From an uncultured Chloroflexia bacterium (GTDB taxonomy: Bacteria > Chloroflexota > Chloroflexia > Thermomicrobiales > UBA6265): a stretch of DNA of 64,000 bases. Position 1 is the stretch's first letter; each line of letters starts with the position of its first letter. The position numbers and the translations under genes are program-made. The notes under the pieces were generated by a model that saw only the letters and a program-made list of their open reading frames with translations, made no database searches and had not been told where the DNA came from. The DNA is taken from the NCBI GenBank assembly GCA_963724295.1, contig CAVRUC010000005.1, positions 192,001 through 256,000 of the forward strand, written 5' to 3'. Positions 20,360-29,236 of the stretch are shown piece by piece.

Positions 20360-20529
20360 GTGTCATCCCCAGGAACGACGGATCTCGTCCGGACCTGACG
20401 CATGGACACGAAGAATCGTGATTCCTGGCAAACTGCTATGAAAAACTCGCCGAAAAACCCGAACGGACGCGGAACGGGTTTTCATGCCGTGGTGATGCCC
20501 CACCGGGGCATGACTACTCGGAATGACAC
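20360..20529. repeat. REP-like palindrome (GTCATCCC...GAATGAC family) containing an 82-bp insert
   Basis: Left arm GTGTCATCCCCAGGAACGACGGATCTC and right end CTCGGAATGACAC; related to copies at 29107, 36410, 52049 and 62166. Confidence 0.75.
20433..20518. mobile_element. Miniature CT-flanked inserted element, copy 1 (candidate non-autonomous IS110-type)
   Basis: 20433-20520 is identical to 62181-62268; 82-bp core flanked by CT on both sides; internal hairpins. Confidence 0.55.
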
Positions 20530-20572
20530 AATGCTCGCAACGCGCTATGGCAACACAGAGGACATGTAATTC

Positions 20573-21412
20573 ATGCTGGTAATCAAGATCGGCGGCGGCG
20601 CGGCCATCGGCGAGGGCGGCTACAGCAACTTTGCCGAGGACCTGGCTACCATCGCCGAGCCGGTCGTGGTCGTCCACGGCGGCAATGCCGAGTTCAGCGC
20701 GCTGAGCCGTCAGCTCGGCATGCCACCGCGCATGATCACGTCGTCCAGCGGGCGCGTCACTCGCTACACCGACGCCGCGACGATGGACGCCATGCTGATG
20801 GCCTACTGCGGCAAGGTCAACAAGCGGCTCGTCGCTACGTTGCGCAGCGCCGGCGTCAACGCCGTTGGCCTGAGCGCCATCGACGGGGGCATCGCCGTCG
20901 GCAGACGGAAACCGGTCCTGCGCGGCGCCGAGGATGGCAAGAGCAAAGTGCTTCGGGACGACCACGCGGGAACCCTGGAGTTCGTGGATCCCTCGCTGGT
21001 GGGGCTCTTGCTGCAGAACGGCTACACCCCCGTGCTCACCCCGCCCGCGCTGGGCGAAGCAGGCGTGCCGATCAACGTCGACGGCGACAAGCTCGCCCTC
21101 GAGCTGGCCACCGCGCTGCAGGCGGAGGGCCTGCTCTTCTTCTCCGACACCCCGGGTCTGCTACGTGACCGGCACGACGAAACCTCGCTAATCGCCGAAA
21201 TCGATGCCTCGTCGCCCGAATCGGCACTGGCAGCGGCGGCGGGCCGCATGGTGGTCAAGGTCGAAGCCGCGCTCGGCGCCGTGGAACGCGGCGTTGGTCG
21301 CGTCGTCTTCGCCGATGGTCGCATTGCCAACCCAATCCGGGCGGCGCTAAACGGGCAGGGAACGACCGTCCGACACGCGATGCCCGCGGCAGCTGAAAAA
21401 AGTGATCGGTAA
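20573..21412 (+). CDS. lysZ: [LysW]-aminoadipate/glutamate kinase (ArgB family)
   Basis: VIKIGG, VVVHGG, SGRVTRYTD, AVGLSAIDG, INVDGD, SDTPGLL. Confidence 0.92.
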   Translation: MLVIKIGGGAAIGEGGYSNFAEDLATIAEPVVVVHGGNAEFSALSRQLGMPPRMITSSSGRVTRYTDAATMDAMLMAYCGKVNKRLVATLRSAGVNAVGLSAIDGGIAVGRRKPVLRGAEDGKSKVLRDDHAGTLEFVDPSLVGLLLQNGYTPVLTPPALGEAGVPINVDGDKLALELATALQAEGLLFFSDTPGLLRDRHDETSLIAEIDASSPESALAAAAGRMVVKVEAALGAVERGVGRVVFADGRIANPIRAALNGQGTTVRHAMPAAAEKSDR

Positions 21413-21443
21413 CCCGCGGGGAAGCGTCTTTCAAATCGTGCCC

Positions 21444-21472
21444 GTAGGAGCGCCGCCTGCAAGGCGTCGCCC
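21444..21472 (+). repeat. GTAG-type REP-like hairpin
   Basis: GTAGGAGCGCCGCCT-GCA-AGGCGTCGCCC imperfect palindrome after GTAG; single copy in the window. Confidence 0.35.
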
Positions 21473-21534
21473 GCATTGCCTAGACGGAGAACGCACGATT
21501 CGGACGCACCCCCAACACAGGAGCAACGCAACAC

Positions 21535-22716
21535 ATGACGACCGTCGGAACGCTCGACCTGGCTCAAATCCAACACCTCGAAAATGATCACCAGCCACCG
21601 CTCTACGCCAAACGGGAGATCGCCCTCGTCCGCGGCGAGGGCGCCTATCTCTTCGACACCGAGGGGCGCCGGTATCTCGACGCCATGAGCAACTACGGCG
21701 TGGCGATCCTCGGCCACGCCGACCGGGAATACGCCGCGGCTCTCAGCGAGCAATTGCAGACCCTGGCCACCGGCCACCAGAGCTTTTACAGCGACGTCCG
21801 GGCCGAGCTGCTCGCCGAAATCGCGCAGATCGCACCGGCCGGTTTGACGCGCTACTTCCTCTCCAACTCGGGCGCGGAGGCCGTGGAGGCTGCGATCAAG
21901 TTCGCCCGCGTCGCCACCGGACGACCGAATCTCGTCGCGGCCAAGCGCGGCTATCACGGACGGACCCTGGGCGCTCTGGCCGCGACCGCCGACCAGAAGT
22001 ACCGCGCGCCGTTCGAGCCGCTGGCGCCGCACACAACGCATGTCACGTTCAACGACGTCGACGCGCTCGCGGCCGCCGTCGACGACCAGACCGCGGCCAT
22101 CCTGCTCGAGCCGATCCAGGGCGAAGGTGGCATCTGGCCCGCATCCTCGGAATATCTCCAGTCCGCCCGGGAGATCGCCACCGCCCAAGGAGCGCTCCTC
22201 ATCGCCGACGAGATCCAGACCGGCTTCCGCACCGGCGCTCCCTGGGCGATGAGCGTGTCCGAGGTTGTTCCCGACGTGCTGGTCACGGCGAAAGCGCTAG
22301 CCAACGGATTCCCGATCGGTCTGACGATGTTTACCGAAGCGATCTCGGAGGCGATCCCGAGCGGCGCCCATGGCACAACGTTTGGCGCCAGCCCGCTGGC
22401 TTGTCGCGCCGCAATCGTTACCCTGCGCGCGCTGCGTGAGCGGGACCTCTATGCGCGGTCGGCGGCGCTCGGCGCGGAGATCATGGAACGTCTTACCGGC
22501 CTCGGTAGTCCGAAAGTGCGCCAGGTGCGCGGCCGCGGCATGATGATCGGGGTCGAGCTCAAGGAGCGTGTTACCCCGACTCTCCGGGCTCTGCAACAGC
22601 GCGGCGTGCTGGTCCTTCCCGCGGGACCCACCACCTTCCGCCTCCTACCCCCGCTCATCTGGGAGCAGGAGCAGGTCGACGAGTTGATCGAGGCGGTTGA
22701 ATCAACGCTGAACTGA
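21535..22716 (+). CDS. lysJ: [LysW]-semialdehyde aminotransferase (class III PLP, ArgD family)
   Basis: NSGAEAVEAAIK, YHGRTLG, EPIQGEGG, DEIQTGF, AKALANG, HGTTFG; lies in the LysW cluster. Confidence 0.9.
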   Translation: MTTVGTLDLAQIQHLENDHQPPLYAKREIALVRGEGAYLFDTEGRRYLDAMSNYGVAILGHADREYAAALSEQLQTLATGHQSFYSDVRAELLAEIAQIAPAGLTRYFLSNSGAEAVEAAIKFARVATGRPNLVAAKRGYHGRTLGALAATADQKYRAPFEPLAPHTTHVTFNDVDALAAAVDDQTAAILLEPIQGEGGIWPASSEYLQSAREIATAQGALLIADEIQTGFRTGAPWAMSVSEVVPDVLVTAKALANGFPIGLTMFTEAISEAIPSGAHGTTFGASPLACRAAIVTLRALRERDLYARSAALGAEIMERLTGLGSPKVRQVRGRGMMIGVELKERVTPTLRALQQRGVLVLPAGPTTFRLLPPLIWEQEQVDELIEAVESTLN

Positions 22717-22777
22717 CACATTTGTGAGAAAGTTGGCTTCACCAGCCGCTTTCACAAATCAGCGACTGCTTGCAATT

Positions 22778-24178
22778 TCAGCCCGCATTGCCGGCGCCGC
22801 TATCCAATTTCGGTTCGGTCTGCCGGTGCGGATGCAGCGCCTCGTCAACCTGCTCGCGGGTCAATCCCGACTCTTCGTAGGCGAGCTCGCGCACCGTACG
22901 ACCAGTCGCGTGCGATTTCTTGGCGATTTTGGCCGCATTGTCGTAACCGATAAGCGGGTTGAGCGCGGTAGCCATGCTGATTGACCCCTCGATGTAGCTC
23001 TCCGCCTGCTCCCGGTTCGCCTCGAGACCAGCCAGCGCCTTGTCGACGAAGACCCGTGAGACGTTCGCCAGGAGCCGCACGCTCTCCAACATATTCCTGG
23101 CCATCATCGGCAGCATCACATTGAGGTCGAGCTGGCCCCACTGGCCACCGATGGTGATCGCCTGGCAGTTGCCCGTGACTTGCGCTCCAACCTGGATGAC
23201 GACCTCGCTGATTACGGGATTGACCTTGCCCGGCATGATCGAGCTTCCCGGTTGGATGGCCGGTAGCACCAGCTCGCCCAGCCCAGCCTGCGGTCCGGAG
23301 GCCAGCAGACGAATATCGTTGGCGATCTTCATCAGCGTCGCGGCGAGCGCGGTCAGCGCCCCGGCTGTGAAGACATAGGCATCGCGAGCCCCTTGCGCCT
23401 CGAAATGGTTCTCCGCCTCCCGAAAATGCGTGCCGGTGAGGTCAGAGAGTTCCCGCGCCACACGAGCACCGAAATCGGGATGCGTGTTCAACCCGGTGCC
23501 GACCGCGGTGCCGCCAATAGCCAGCTCGCGCAGCCCGGGCAGCGTTGCCTCGATGCGCTGGATGGTCAGCTCGATCTGTCGCGCGTAGCCGCTGAACTCC
23601 TGACCCAGCCGGATCGGCACCGCGTCCATCAGGTGGGTGCGGCCGATCTTCACGACGTCGTCGAACGCTTTGGCCTTGCGACCGAGGATGTCGTGCAGAT
23701 ACTGGAGCGCCGGGATCAGGTCGTTCTCGATCGCGAGCACCGCCGAGACATGCAATACGGTTGGGATGACGTCGTTCGATGACTGTCCGAGGTTCACCTC
23801 ATCGTTCGGGTGGACCCTTCGTCCCAATTCGACTGAAGCGACCGCGGCGATCACCTCGTTGGCGTTCATGTTCGACGACGTCCCTGAACCCGTCTGAAAG
23901 ACGTCGATTGGGAACTCTTCGTCCAGCTCACCGTCGGCCACGGCGCGCGCGGCATGCTCGATGGCATCGGCCACGTCCGGCGGCAACAGGCTGAGTTCGC
24001 GATTCACTCGGGCCGCGGCCAACTTCACCAGACCCAGCGCCCGGATGAACTCAGCGGGCATCGGTTGACCGGAGATCGGGAAATTCTCAACCGCTCGCTG
24101 CGTCTGCGCGCCATAGCGGGCCGCGGCGGGCAGGACCACCTCGCCCATCGTATCTCGTTCAACTCGCGTCTCGGTCAT
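22778..24178 (-). CDS. fumC: Class II fumarate hydratase
   Basis: YGAQTQRA, DVFQTGSGTSSNMNANEV, KIGRTHLMDA, GSSIMPGKVNP. Confidence 0.95.
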   Translation of the reverse strand: MTETRVERDTMGEVVLPAAARYGAQTQRAVENFPISGQPMPAEFIRALGLVKLAAARVNRELSLLPPDVADAIEHAARAVADGELDEEFPIDVFQTGSGTSSNMNANEVIAAVASVELGRRVHPNDEVNLGQSSNDVIPTVLHVSAVLAIENDLIPALQYLHDILGRKAKAFDDVVKIGRTHLMDAVPIRLGQEFSGYARQIELTIQRIEATLPGLRELAIGGTAVGTGLNTHPDFGARVARELSDLTGTHFREAENHFEAQGARDAYVFTAGALTALAATLMKIANDIRLLASGPQAGLGELVLPAIQPGSSIMPGKVNPVISEVVIQVGAQVTGNCQAITIGGQWGQLDLNVMLPMMARNMLESVRLLANVSRVFVDKALAGLEANREQAESYIEGSISMATALNPLIGYDNAAKIAKKSHATGRTVRELAYEESGLTREQVDEALHPHRQTEPKLDSGAGNAG

Positions 24179-24192
24179 TCGATCGAATCTCC

Positions 24193-24242
24193 GCGTTCCC
24201 CCTCTCCTCAGCGCACTGGGAGCGGGGGTCAGGGGGTGAGGG
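24193..24242. repeat. REP-like palindrome (CCCCTCTCC...GGGAG.GGGG...GGGGTGAGGG family), copy 1
   Basis: Near-identical to 39213-39259; lies just after the proS stop. Confidence 0.7.
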
Positions 24243-24250
24243 AACCGGTC

Positions 24251-25990
24251 TCAGTCCGCGGGCTCATTACCCGCAAGTCCCGCATACAACTCGTCCAGCA
24301 TCCCGCGCACGGTCGACACTACTTCAGCGAGCGGAACGAAGACGGCTTCGTCCGCCGACCGCAGCTTGATCTCCGCCTCTCCCTTGCCCAGCGTCCGCGT
24401 GCTGACCGAGACACGGACGGGATTGCCAATCAGATCGGCGTCGTTGAACTTGACCCCCGCGCGCTCCGATCTGTCATCGTAGAGCACTTCGATGCCGGCC
24501 CGCGTCAGCTCGTCGTAGAGCCGGTCAGCCGCATCCTGCGGCTCGGTGTCGTCAGCGCCGCCGATCCACAACAGCGACACTTCGTACGGAGCGACCGTCA
24601 CCGGCCAGACGATCCCGCGGTCGTCGTGATGCTGCTCGACCACGGTCGCCGAAACGCGCCCCGAACCGATGCCATACGATCCCATGTAGATCGGGTGGCT
24701 GATCCCTTCGGCGTCGAGATACTCGGCCCCCAGCGCCTTGGAGTAGCGCGTGCCGAGCTTGAAGATATTTCCGACCTCGATGGCGCGTTCCGCGGTTAGC
24801 GCGGCACCGCACGTCGAGCAGGGGAACCCCGCCTCAGCCGACGCGATGTCGGCCACGACATCCGGCGTGTAGTCGCGCCCGGGGTTGGTGTTGAGCATGT
24901 GCCAGCCGACCCGGTTGGCTCCCGCCACCAGATTCGGCGTATCGCGCACACTCTCGTCGATGACGATCAACGCATCGCGAACCCCGACAGGTGATCCGTA
25001 CCCCGGCTCCGCTCCTATGGCCCGGATCTCCTCGACTGTGGCCGGTGTGAGGCCGGTCTCACCGGCGGCCTTGCGCAGCTTCGTCTCGTTGACGTCGAGA
25101 TCGCCCCGGATCACGGCGAAGACGAACCGGCCGGAATCCCCCTTGTAGAACACCGCCTTCGCCGTCTTGGCGAGTGGTATGTTCAAGAAATCCGCCAGCG
25201 CCTGGATCGTGGTCGTACTCGGCGTCTCGATCTCCTCCATTGGCAGGGGAGCTTCCCCGGTTGGGGCATCGCGTTGGAACGTGGCCACCTCACGGTTATC
25301 CGCGTAGCCGCACTCCGGGCAGATGAGCACGATATCTTCGCCATAGGACGAGAGGGCCATGAACTCGTGAGAAGCACTGCCGCCCATCATGCCGGTGTCC
25401 GCACCGACGACGACGAAGTCGAGCCCCACCCGGCGGAAGATCCGCTCGTAGGCCCGCCAGTGGTTCTGGTACTGCGCATCCAGCCCTTCCTCGTCCCGGT
25501 CGAGGGTGTAGGAGTCCTTCATCGTGAACTCGCGGACCCGGATCAATCCGCCCCGCGAGCGAGGCTCATCACGCCACTTGGTCTGGATGTGATAGACGAC
25601 CATCGGCAGCTGGCGGTAGGAGCTGACTTCCTGCCGCGCCAGATCAGTGACGATCTCCTCGTGGGTCATGGCCAGAACCATGTCGCGGTCGCCGCGGTCC
25701 TTAAAGCGGGTCAATTCCGGCCCGACGACGTCGTACCGACCCGATTCCCGCCAGATGTCGGCCGGATGGACGACCGGCATCAGCATCTCTTGCCCGCCGA
25801 TGGCGTTCATTTCCTCGCGAATGATCTGCTCGACCTTGCGCACAACTCGCCAGCCCAATGGCAGCAGGCTGTAAATGCCCGCGCCCAAAGGCCGCATCAA
25901 TGCGGCGCGCAGCATCAGTCGGTGACTGGGCAGCTCGACATCGCCCGGCGCTTCGCGCAGCGTCCGGCCGAACAGGTGTGACATCCGCAT
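24251..25990 (-). CDS. proS: Proline--tRNA ligase (bacterial type with editing insertion)
   Basis: SHRLMLRA, THEE, RDEPRSRGGLIRVREFTMKDSY, IEVGNIFKLG, MGSYGIG, GVKFNDADLIG. Confidence 0.97.
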   Translation of the reverse strand: MRMSHLFGRTLREAPGDVELPSHRLMLRAALMRPLGAGIYSLLPLGWRVVRKVEQIIREEMNAIGGQEMLMPVVHPADIWRESGRYDVVGPELTRFKDRGDRDMVLAMTHEEIVTDLARQEVSSYRQLPMVVYHIQTKWRDEPRSRGGLIRVREFTMKDSYTLDRDEEGLDAQYQNHWRAYERIFRRVGLDFVVVGADTGMMGGSASHEFMALSSYGEDIVLICPECGYADNREVATFQRDAPTGEAPLPMEEIETPSTTTIQALADFLNIPLAKTAKAVFYKGDSGRFVFAVIRGDLDVNETKLRKAAGETGLTPATVEEIRAIGAEPGYGSPVGVRDALIVIDESVRDTPNLVAGANRVGWHMLNTNPGRDYTPDVVADIASAEAGFPCSTCGAALTAERAIEVGNIFKLGTRYSKALGAEYLDAEGISHPIYMGSYGIGSGRVSATVVEQHHDDRGIVWPVTVAPYEVSLLWIGGADDTEPQDAADRLYDELTRAGIEVLYDDRSERAGVKFNDADLIGNPVRVSVSTRTLGKGEAEIKLRSADEAVFVPLAEVVSTVRGMLDELYAGLAGNEPAD

Positions 25991-26088
25991 CGACTGTTGA
26001 ACCTCACCTTCAGGACCACTCGAGGGCTTCGCGACATGGTGAGAATACCAGTCTCGTCAGTGGGAGTTGATCTCGAAATGCCCAGAGA

Positions 26089-26631
26089 TCAGCGAACTTT
26101 GGCCCGCTTCGGTTCGCGTCCCGCTGCGTAATCTTCGATTCTGGCGGCGATGAACAGCAGTGACGAGAGGCGGTTCAGGTATCCCAGAATTGCCGGGTTC
26201 ACCGAATGACCGGCATGGCTCAGCGCTACTACGTGCCGCTCGCCGCGGCGGGTCACGCTCCTCGCGACGTCCAGCGCCGCGCCGGGCGCCGATTCACCGG
26301 GCAGGATGAACTCACGCGGCAATTCCACGCTGGCCGCCATAGCGTCCGTCTCAGCTCCGAGCCAATCGACGCGATCCCGCGGGAACTCGTACGCCGCCGG
26401 ACGCAACTCCGGCGTGAACGCCAGCGCGGCCATGATCTGGTAGAGGTCGCGCTGCACCGCGACCAGATCCTCGCGCACGCGGCCGTCCGCTGCCATTGAC
26501 CGAGCCAGGCCGATCGTCGAGGTTGCCTCGTCCAGGCTCCCCAGCGCGTCGATGCGCGGGTCGTCCTTGGCCACGCGAGCGCCAAGCAGATCAGTCGTAC
26601 CGTCGTCGCCAAGCCCGGTATAAAACCGCAC
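26089..26631 (-). CDS. PduO-type cob(I)alamin adenosyltransferase
   Basis: FYTGLGDDGTTDL, GSLDE, FILPG, RSVTRRGER, YLNRLSSLLF. Confidence 0.9.
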   Translation of the reverse strand: MRFYTGLGDDGTTDLLGARVAKDDPRIDALGSLDEATSTIGLARSMAADGRVREDLVAVQRDLYQIMAALAFTPELRPAAYEFPRDRVDWLGAETDAMAASVELPREFILPGESAPGAALDVARSVTRRGERHVVALSHAGHSVNPAILGYLNRLSSLLFIAARIEDYAAGREPKRAKVR

Positions 26632-26783
26632 CACACCCCTCCCGCGACTGGCCAGAGATGCGACGCACACGAAGGCGTCGCCAGTTTCACTCTACTCCGT
26701 GTGGTAGCATCCTTGCCCCGGAGCGCCCCGAGTCCCGCTCATCGCCTGGCCGTTCCTCGGTCACGCCAGGAACTAGCTGTATC

Positions 26784-27926
26784 GTGAGCTACCCTCAACC
26801 TCAGTCCGCATCCATGTTCGAGACCAATAGCGAGGAACCGATTCGTGTCGGCGTCATCGGCACCGGCTTCGGGGCGTCATTGCACTTGTCCGCGTTGCGC
26901 GAAAACCCGGACTTCCAGACCGCGGCGATCTGCTCGCGCCGGCCCGAGCGGGCGAGGGCGGCGGCCCTCGACCACGGAATCTCGACTCATCTCTCCGACT
27001 ATCGCGAGCTGGTCCGCGACCGCGAGATCGACGCCGTCATCGTCGCCTCACCGCCACACCTTCATCACGGCATGGTGATTGCCGCTCTCGAAGCGGGAAA
27101 GCACGTGCTCTGTGAAAAGCCAATGGCCAGAAACCTCGCCGAAGCGCGAGACATGCAGCGGATCGCGGAGCGGGTCGGCACCGTGTCCATGGTCAACAAC
27201 CAGTTGCGGTTTCTTCCTGTGCGCATGCGCATTCGCGAGCTCATCAGCGAGGGGTACATCGGCGAGCCGCATGCCGCCAGCGTCGTCGTCCACCGCTCCA
27301 GCCTCAACGACCCACACGAGCGGCCCTGGGGCTGGCTCATGGAGCAGGAGAAAGCGGGAGGCATGCTCGGCGCCACCGGCGCCCATTACCTCGACGCGCT
27401 GCGGTGGTGGTTCGGTGAGGTCAAAGCCGTCGCCGGAGCCGTCTCGACGATGGTCCGCCAGCGGCGGCTGCCCGATTCGTCCGCCATGGCGAAAGTCGAT
27501 GCCGACGACAACTTCTCGGTCATCCTTCGCTTCGCCAACGGCGCACTCGGTACGATCCACGTCTCGGCCACCGCCGGCCATGAGGGCGACGAGGAGGTCA
27601 CCCTTTCCGGGTCCGACGGCACCCTGCAAATTCGGCACGGACGCCTCTGGGCCGCCCGCGGCGGCGAGTTCAGCCTCAGCGAGCTGCCAGTGCCCGAACA
27701 CCTGTCAGGCGGCGTGATCCCCGGCGGTCACTATTTGGTTCAACCGACGGCGTTACTGCTGCGGGCCTGGGCGAAAGCGATTCGGGAGAACGCTCCGGCC
27801 TCGCCATCGTTCGCGGACGGCGTGAAAACGCAGGAGCTGATCGACGGCGCGCTGCGATCCAGCCAGCAGGGGCGCTGGATCGACACCAGCGGTGCACGCT
27901 GGCCGATGACTGGATCGCCACTCTGA
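26784..27926 (+). CDS. Gfo/Idh/MocA family oxidoreductase
   Basis: VGVIGTGFG, AGKHVLCEKPMA, GGMLGATGAHYLD; start at GTG 26784 or ATG 26814. Confidence 0.9.
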   Translation: MSYPQPQSASMFETNSEEPIRVGVIGTGFGASLHLSALRENPDFQTAAICSRRPERARAAALDHGISTHLSDYRELVRDREIDAVIVASPPHLHHGMVIAALEAGKHVLCEKPMARNLAEARDMQRIAERVGTVSMVNNQLRFLPVRMRIRELISEGYIGEPHAASVVVHRSSLNDPHERPWGWLMEQEKAGGMLGATGAHYLDALRWWFGEVKAVAGAVSTMVRQRRLPDSSAMAKVDADDNFSVILRFANGALGTIHVSATAGHEGDEEVTLSGSDGTLQIRHGRLWAARGGEFSLSELPVPEHLSGGVIPGGHYLVQPTALLLRAWAKAIRENAPASPSFADGVKTQELIDGALRSSQQGRWIDTSGARWPMTGSPL

Positions 27927-27945
27927 TGACGGAGCCTTCTCCCCT

Positions 27946-29088
27946 ATGAGCGCTTCGACCGCGGTTGGGGCTGGAATCGAACATCGCATCGTCGCCGGCG
28001 AGCAAGTGCTCGATACCCCTCTCATCGCCGTCGATCTCGACCTGCTCGAGCGCAATATCGCCGAGATGGCATCGCTTGCGACCAGCTACGGTGTTTCGCT
28101 GCGACCTCATGCCAAGACGCACAAGAGCCCGCATGTCGCCCGCATGCAGCTCGAGGCAGGTGCGGTTGGGCTGACGTGCGCCAAGCTCGGCGAGGCCGAG
28201 GTACTCGTCGATCAGGGCGGCGTCGGCGATATCTTGATTGCCTACCCCATCGTCGGCGATATAAAGATCCGCCGCCTGCTTGAGCTGCTCGATCGCGCCC
28301 GCGTCGCCGTTGCGGTCGATACTCACCCGGCGGCTGTGGCGTTGTCTCGAGCAATTTCCGCCGCTGATCGCACGCTCGACATCTATCTCGAGGTCAATAC
28401 CGGTCAGGACCGGGCTGGAGCGCGTGCTGGTCAGGAGGCAGTCGATCTCGCGGTCGCCATCTCCGCACTACCGGGGTTGCGACTCACCGGCGTCATGACC
28501 CACGAAGGTCACGCCGGCTTCAGCGCCCCGGACGAAATCGCCACCATCGCCCGGAACGCCGGTCAGGCTCTGGTCGATACGGCAGAGCGCATCCGCGCCC
28601 AGGGCGTCGCGGTCAGACACGTCAGCGTCGGCTCCACCCCGGCCTCGTGGTTTACGCCGCGGGTCGCCGGCATCACCGAGATGCGACCGGGCACTTACGT
28701 CTTCAACGACAACAACGCGTTCCGGCACGGCCGCATCGGTCCTGATCGCTGTGCGGCGCGGGTGATCTCCACCGTGGTCAGCCGTCCGGCCTCGGACCGC
28801 GCCATCGTCGACGCTGGCTCAAAAGCGCTGGCGCTCGATCCCAGCCCTAGCCACCCTGGTCACGGCTACATCGTGGGACACCCGGGCGCGACGATCGCCC
28901 GTCTCAGTGAAGAGCATGGCGTCGTCACGCTCGCGCCCAATGAAACTGGATTCGACGTCGGCGATCGGGTCGAGATCATCCCGAACCACATCTGCCCGGC
29001 CGTCAACCTGACTGACGAGCTGGTCATGCTCCGCGACGGACACGTCGTCGATCGCTGGCCGGTGGCCGCACGCGGCAAGGTGCGGTAG
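27946..29088 (+). CDS. Fold-type III PLP enzyme (D-threonine aldolase/DSD1 family)
   Basis: LRPHAKTHK, HEGH, SVGSTP, EMRPGTYVFND, DAGSK, LSEEHG, PNHICP. Confidence 0.9.
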   Translation: MSASTAVGAGIEHRIVAGEQVLDTPLIAVDLDLLERNIAEMASLATSYGVSLRPHAKTHKSPHVARMQLEAGAVGLTCAKLGEAEVLVDQGGVGDILIAYPIVGDIKIRRLLELLDRARVAVAVDTHPAAVALSRAISAADRTLDIYLEVNTGQDRAGARAGQEAVDLAVAISALPGLRLTGVMTHEGHAGFSAPDEIATIARNAGQALVDTAERIRAQGVAVRHVSVGSTPASWFTPRVAGITEMRPGTYVFNDNNAFRHGRIGPDRCAARVISTVVSRPASDRAIVDAGSKALALDPSPSHPGHGYIVGHPGATIARLSEEHGVVTLAPNETGFDVGDRVEIIPNHICPAVNLTDELVMLRDGHVVDRWPVAARGKVR

Positions 29089-29106
29089 CGCGACTCCGCA
29101 CGCCTG

Positions 29107-29129
29107 TGTCATCCCGAGGAACGAGGGAT
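29107..29129. repeat. REP-like left arm TGTCATCCCGAGGAACGAGGGAT
   Basis: Identical to 36410-36432; lies between convergent genes. Confidence 0.65.
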
Positions 29130-29236
29130 GTCGTCCGTGTCTTCGTTAGTGGCTGCCGAAGCTCAGGTTTTCGGTCCGTTTGAGTGCCACGACATTCGGA
29201 TGTTGCCGTAGGATCACTGCTGTGGCGAGAACCGCC

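Noticed and set aside
22778..24178. Possible argH completing the arginine cluster
   Set aside because: Motifs (QTGSGTSSNMN, GSSIMPGKVNP) are those of fumarase/aspartase, not ArgH (SSIMPQKKNP)
25991..26088. T-box upstream of proS
   Set aside because: The gap is under 100 bp and contains no GGTGGNACCGCG motif
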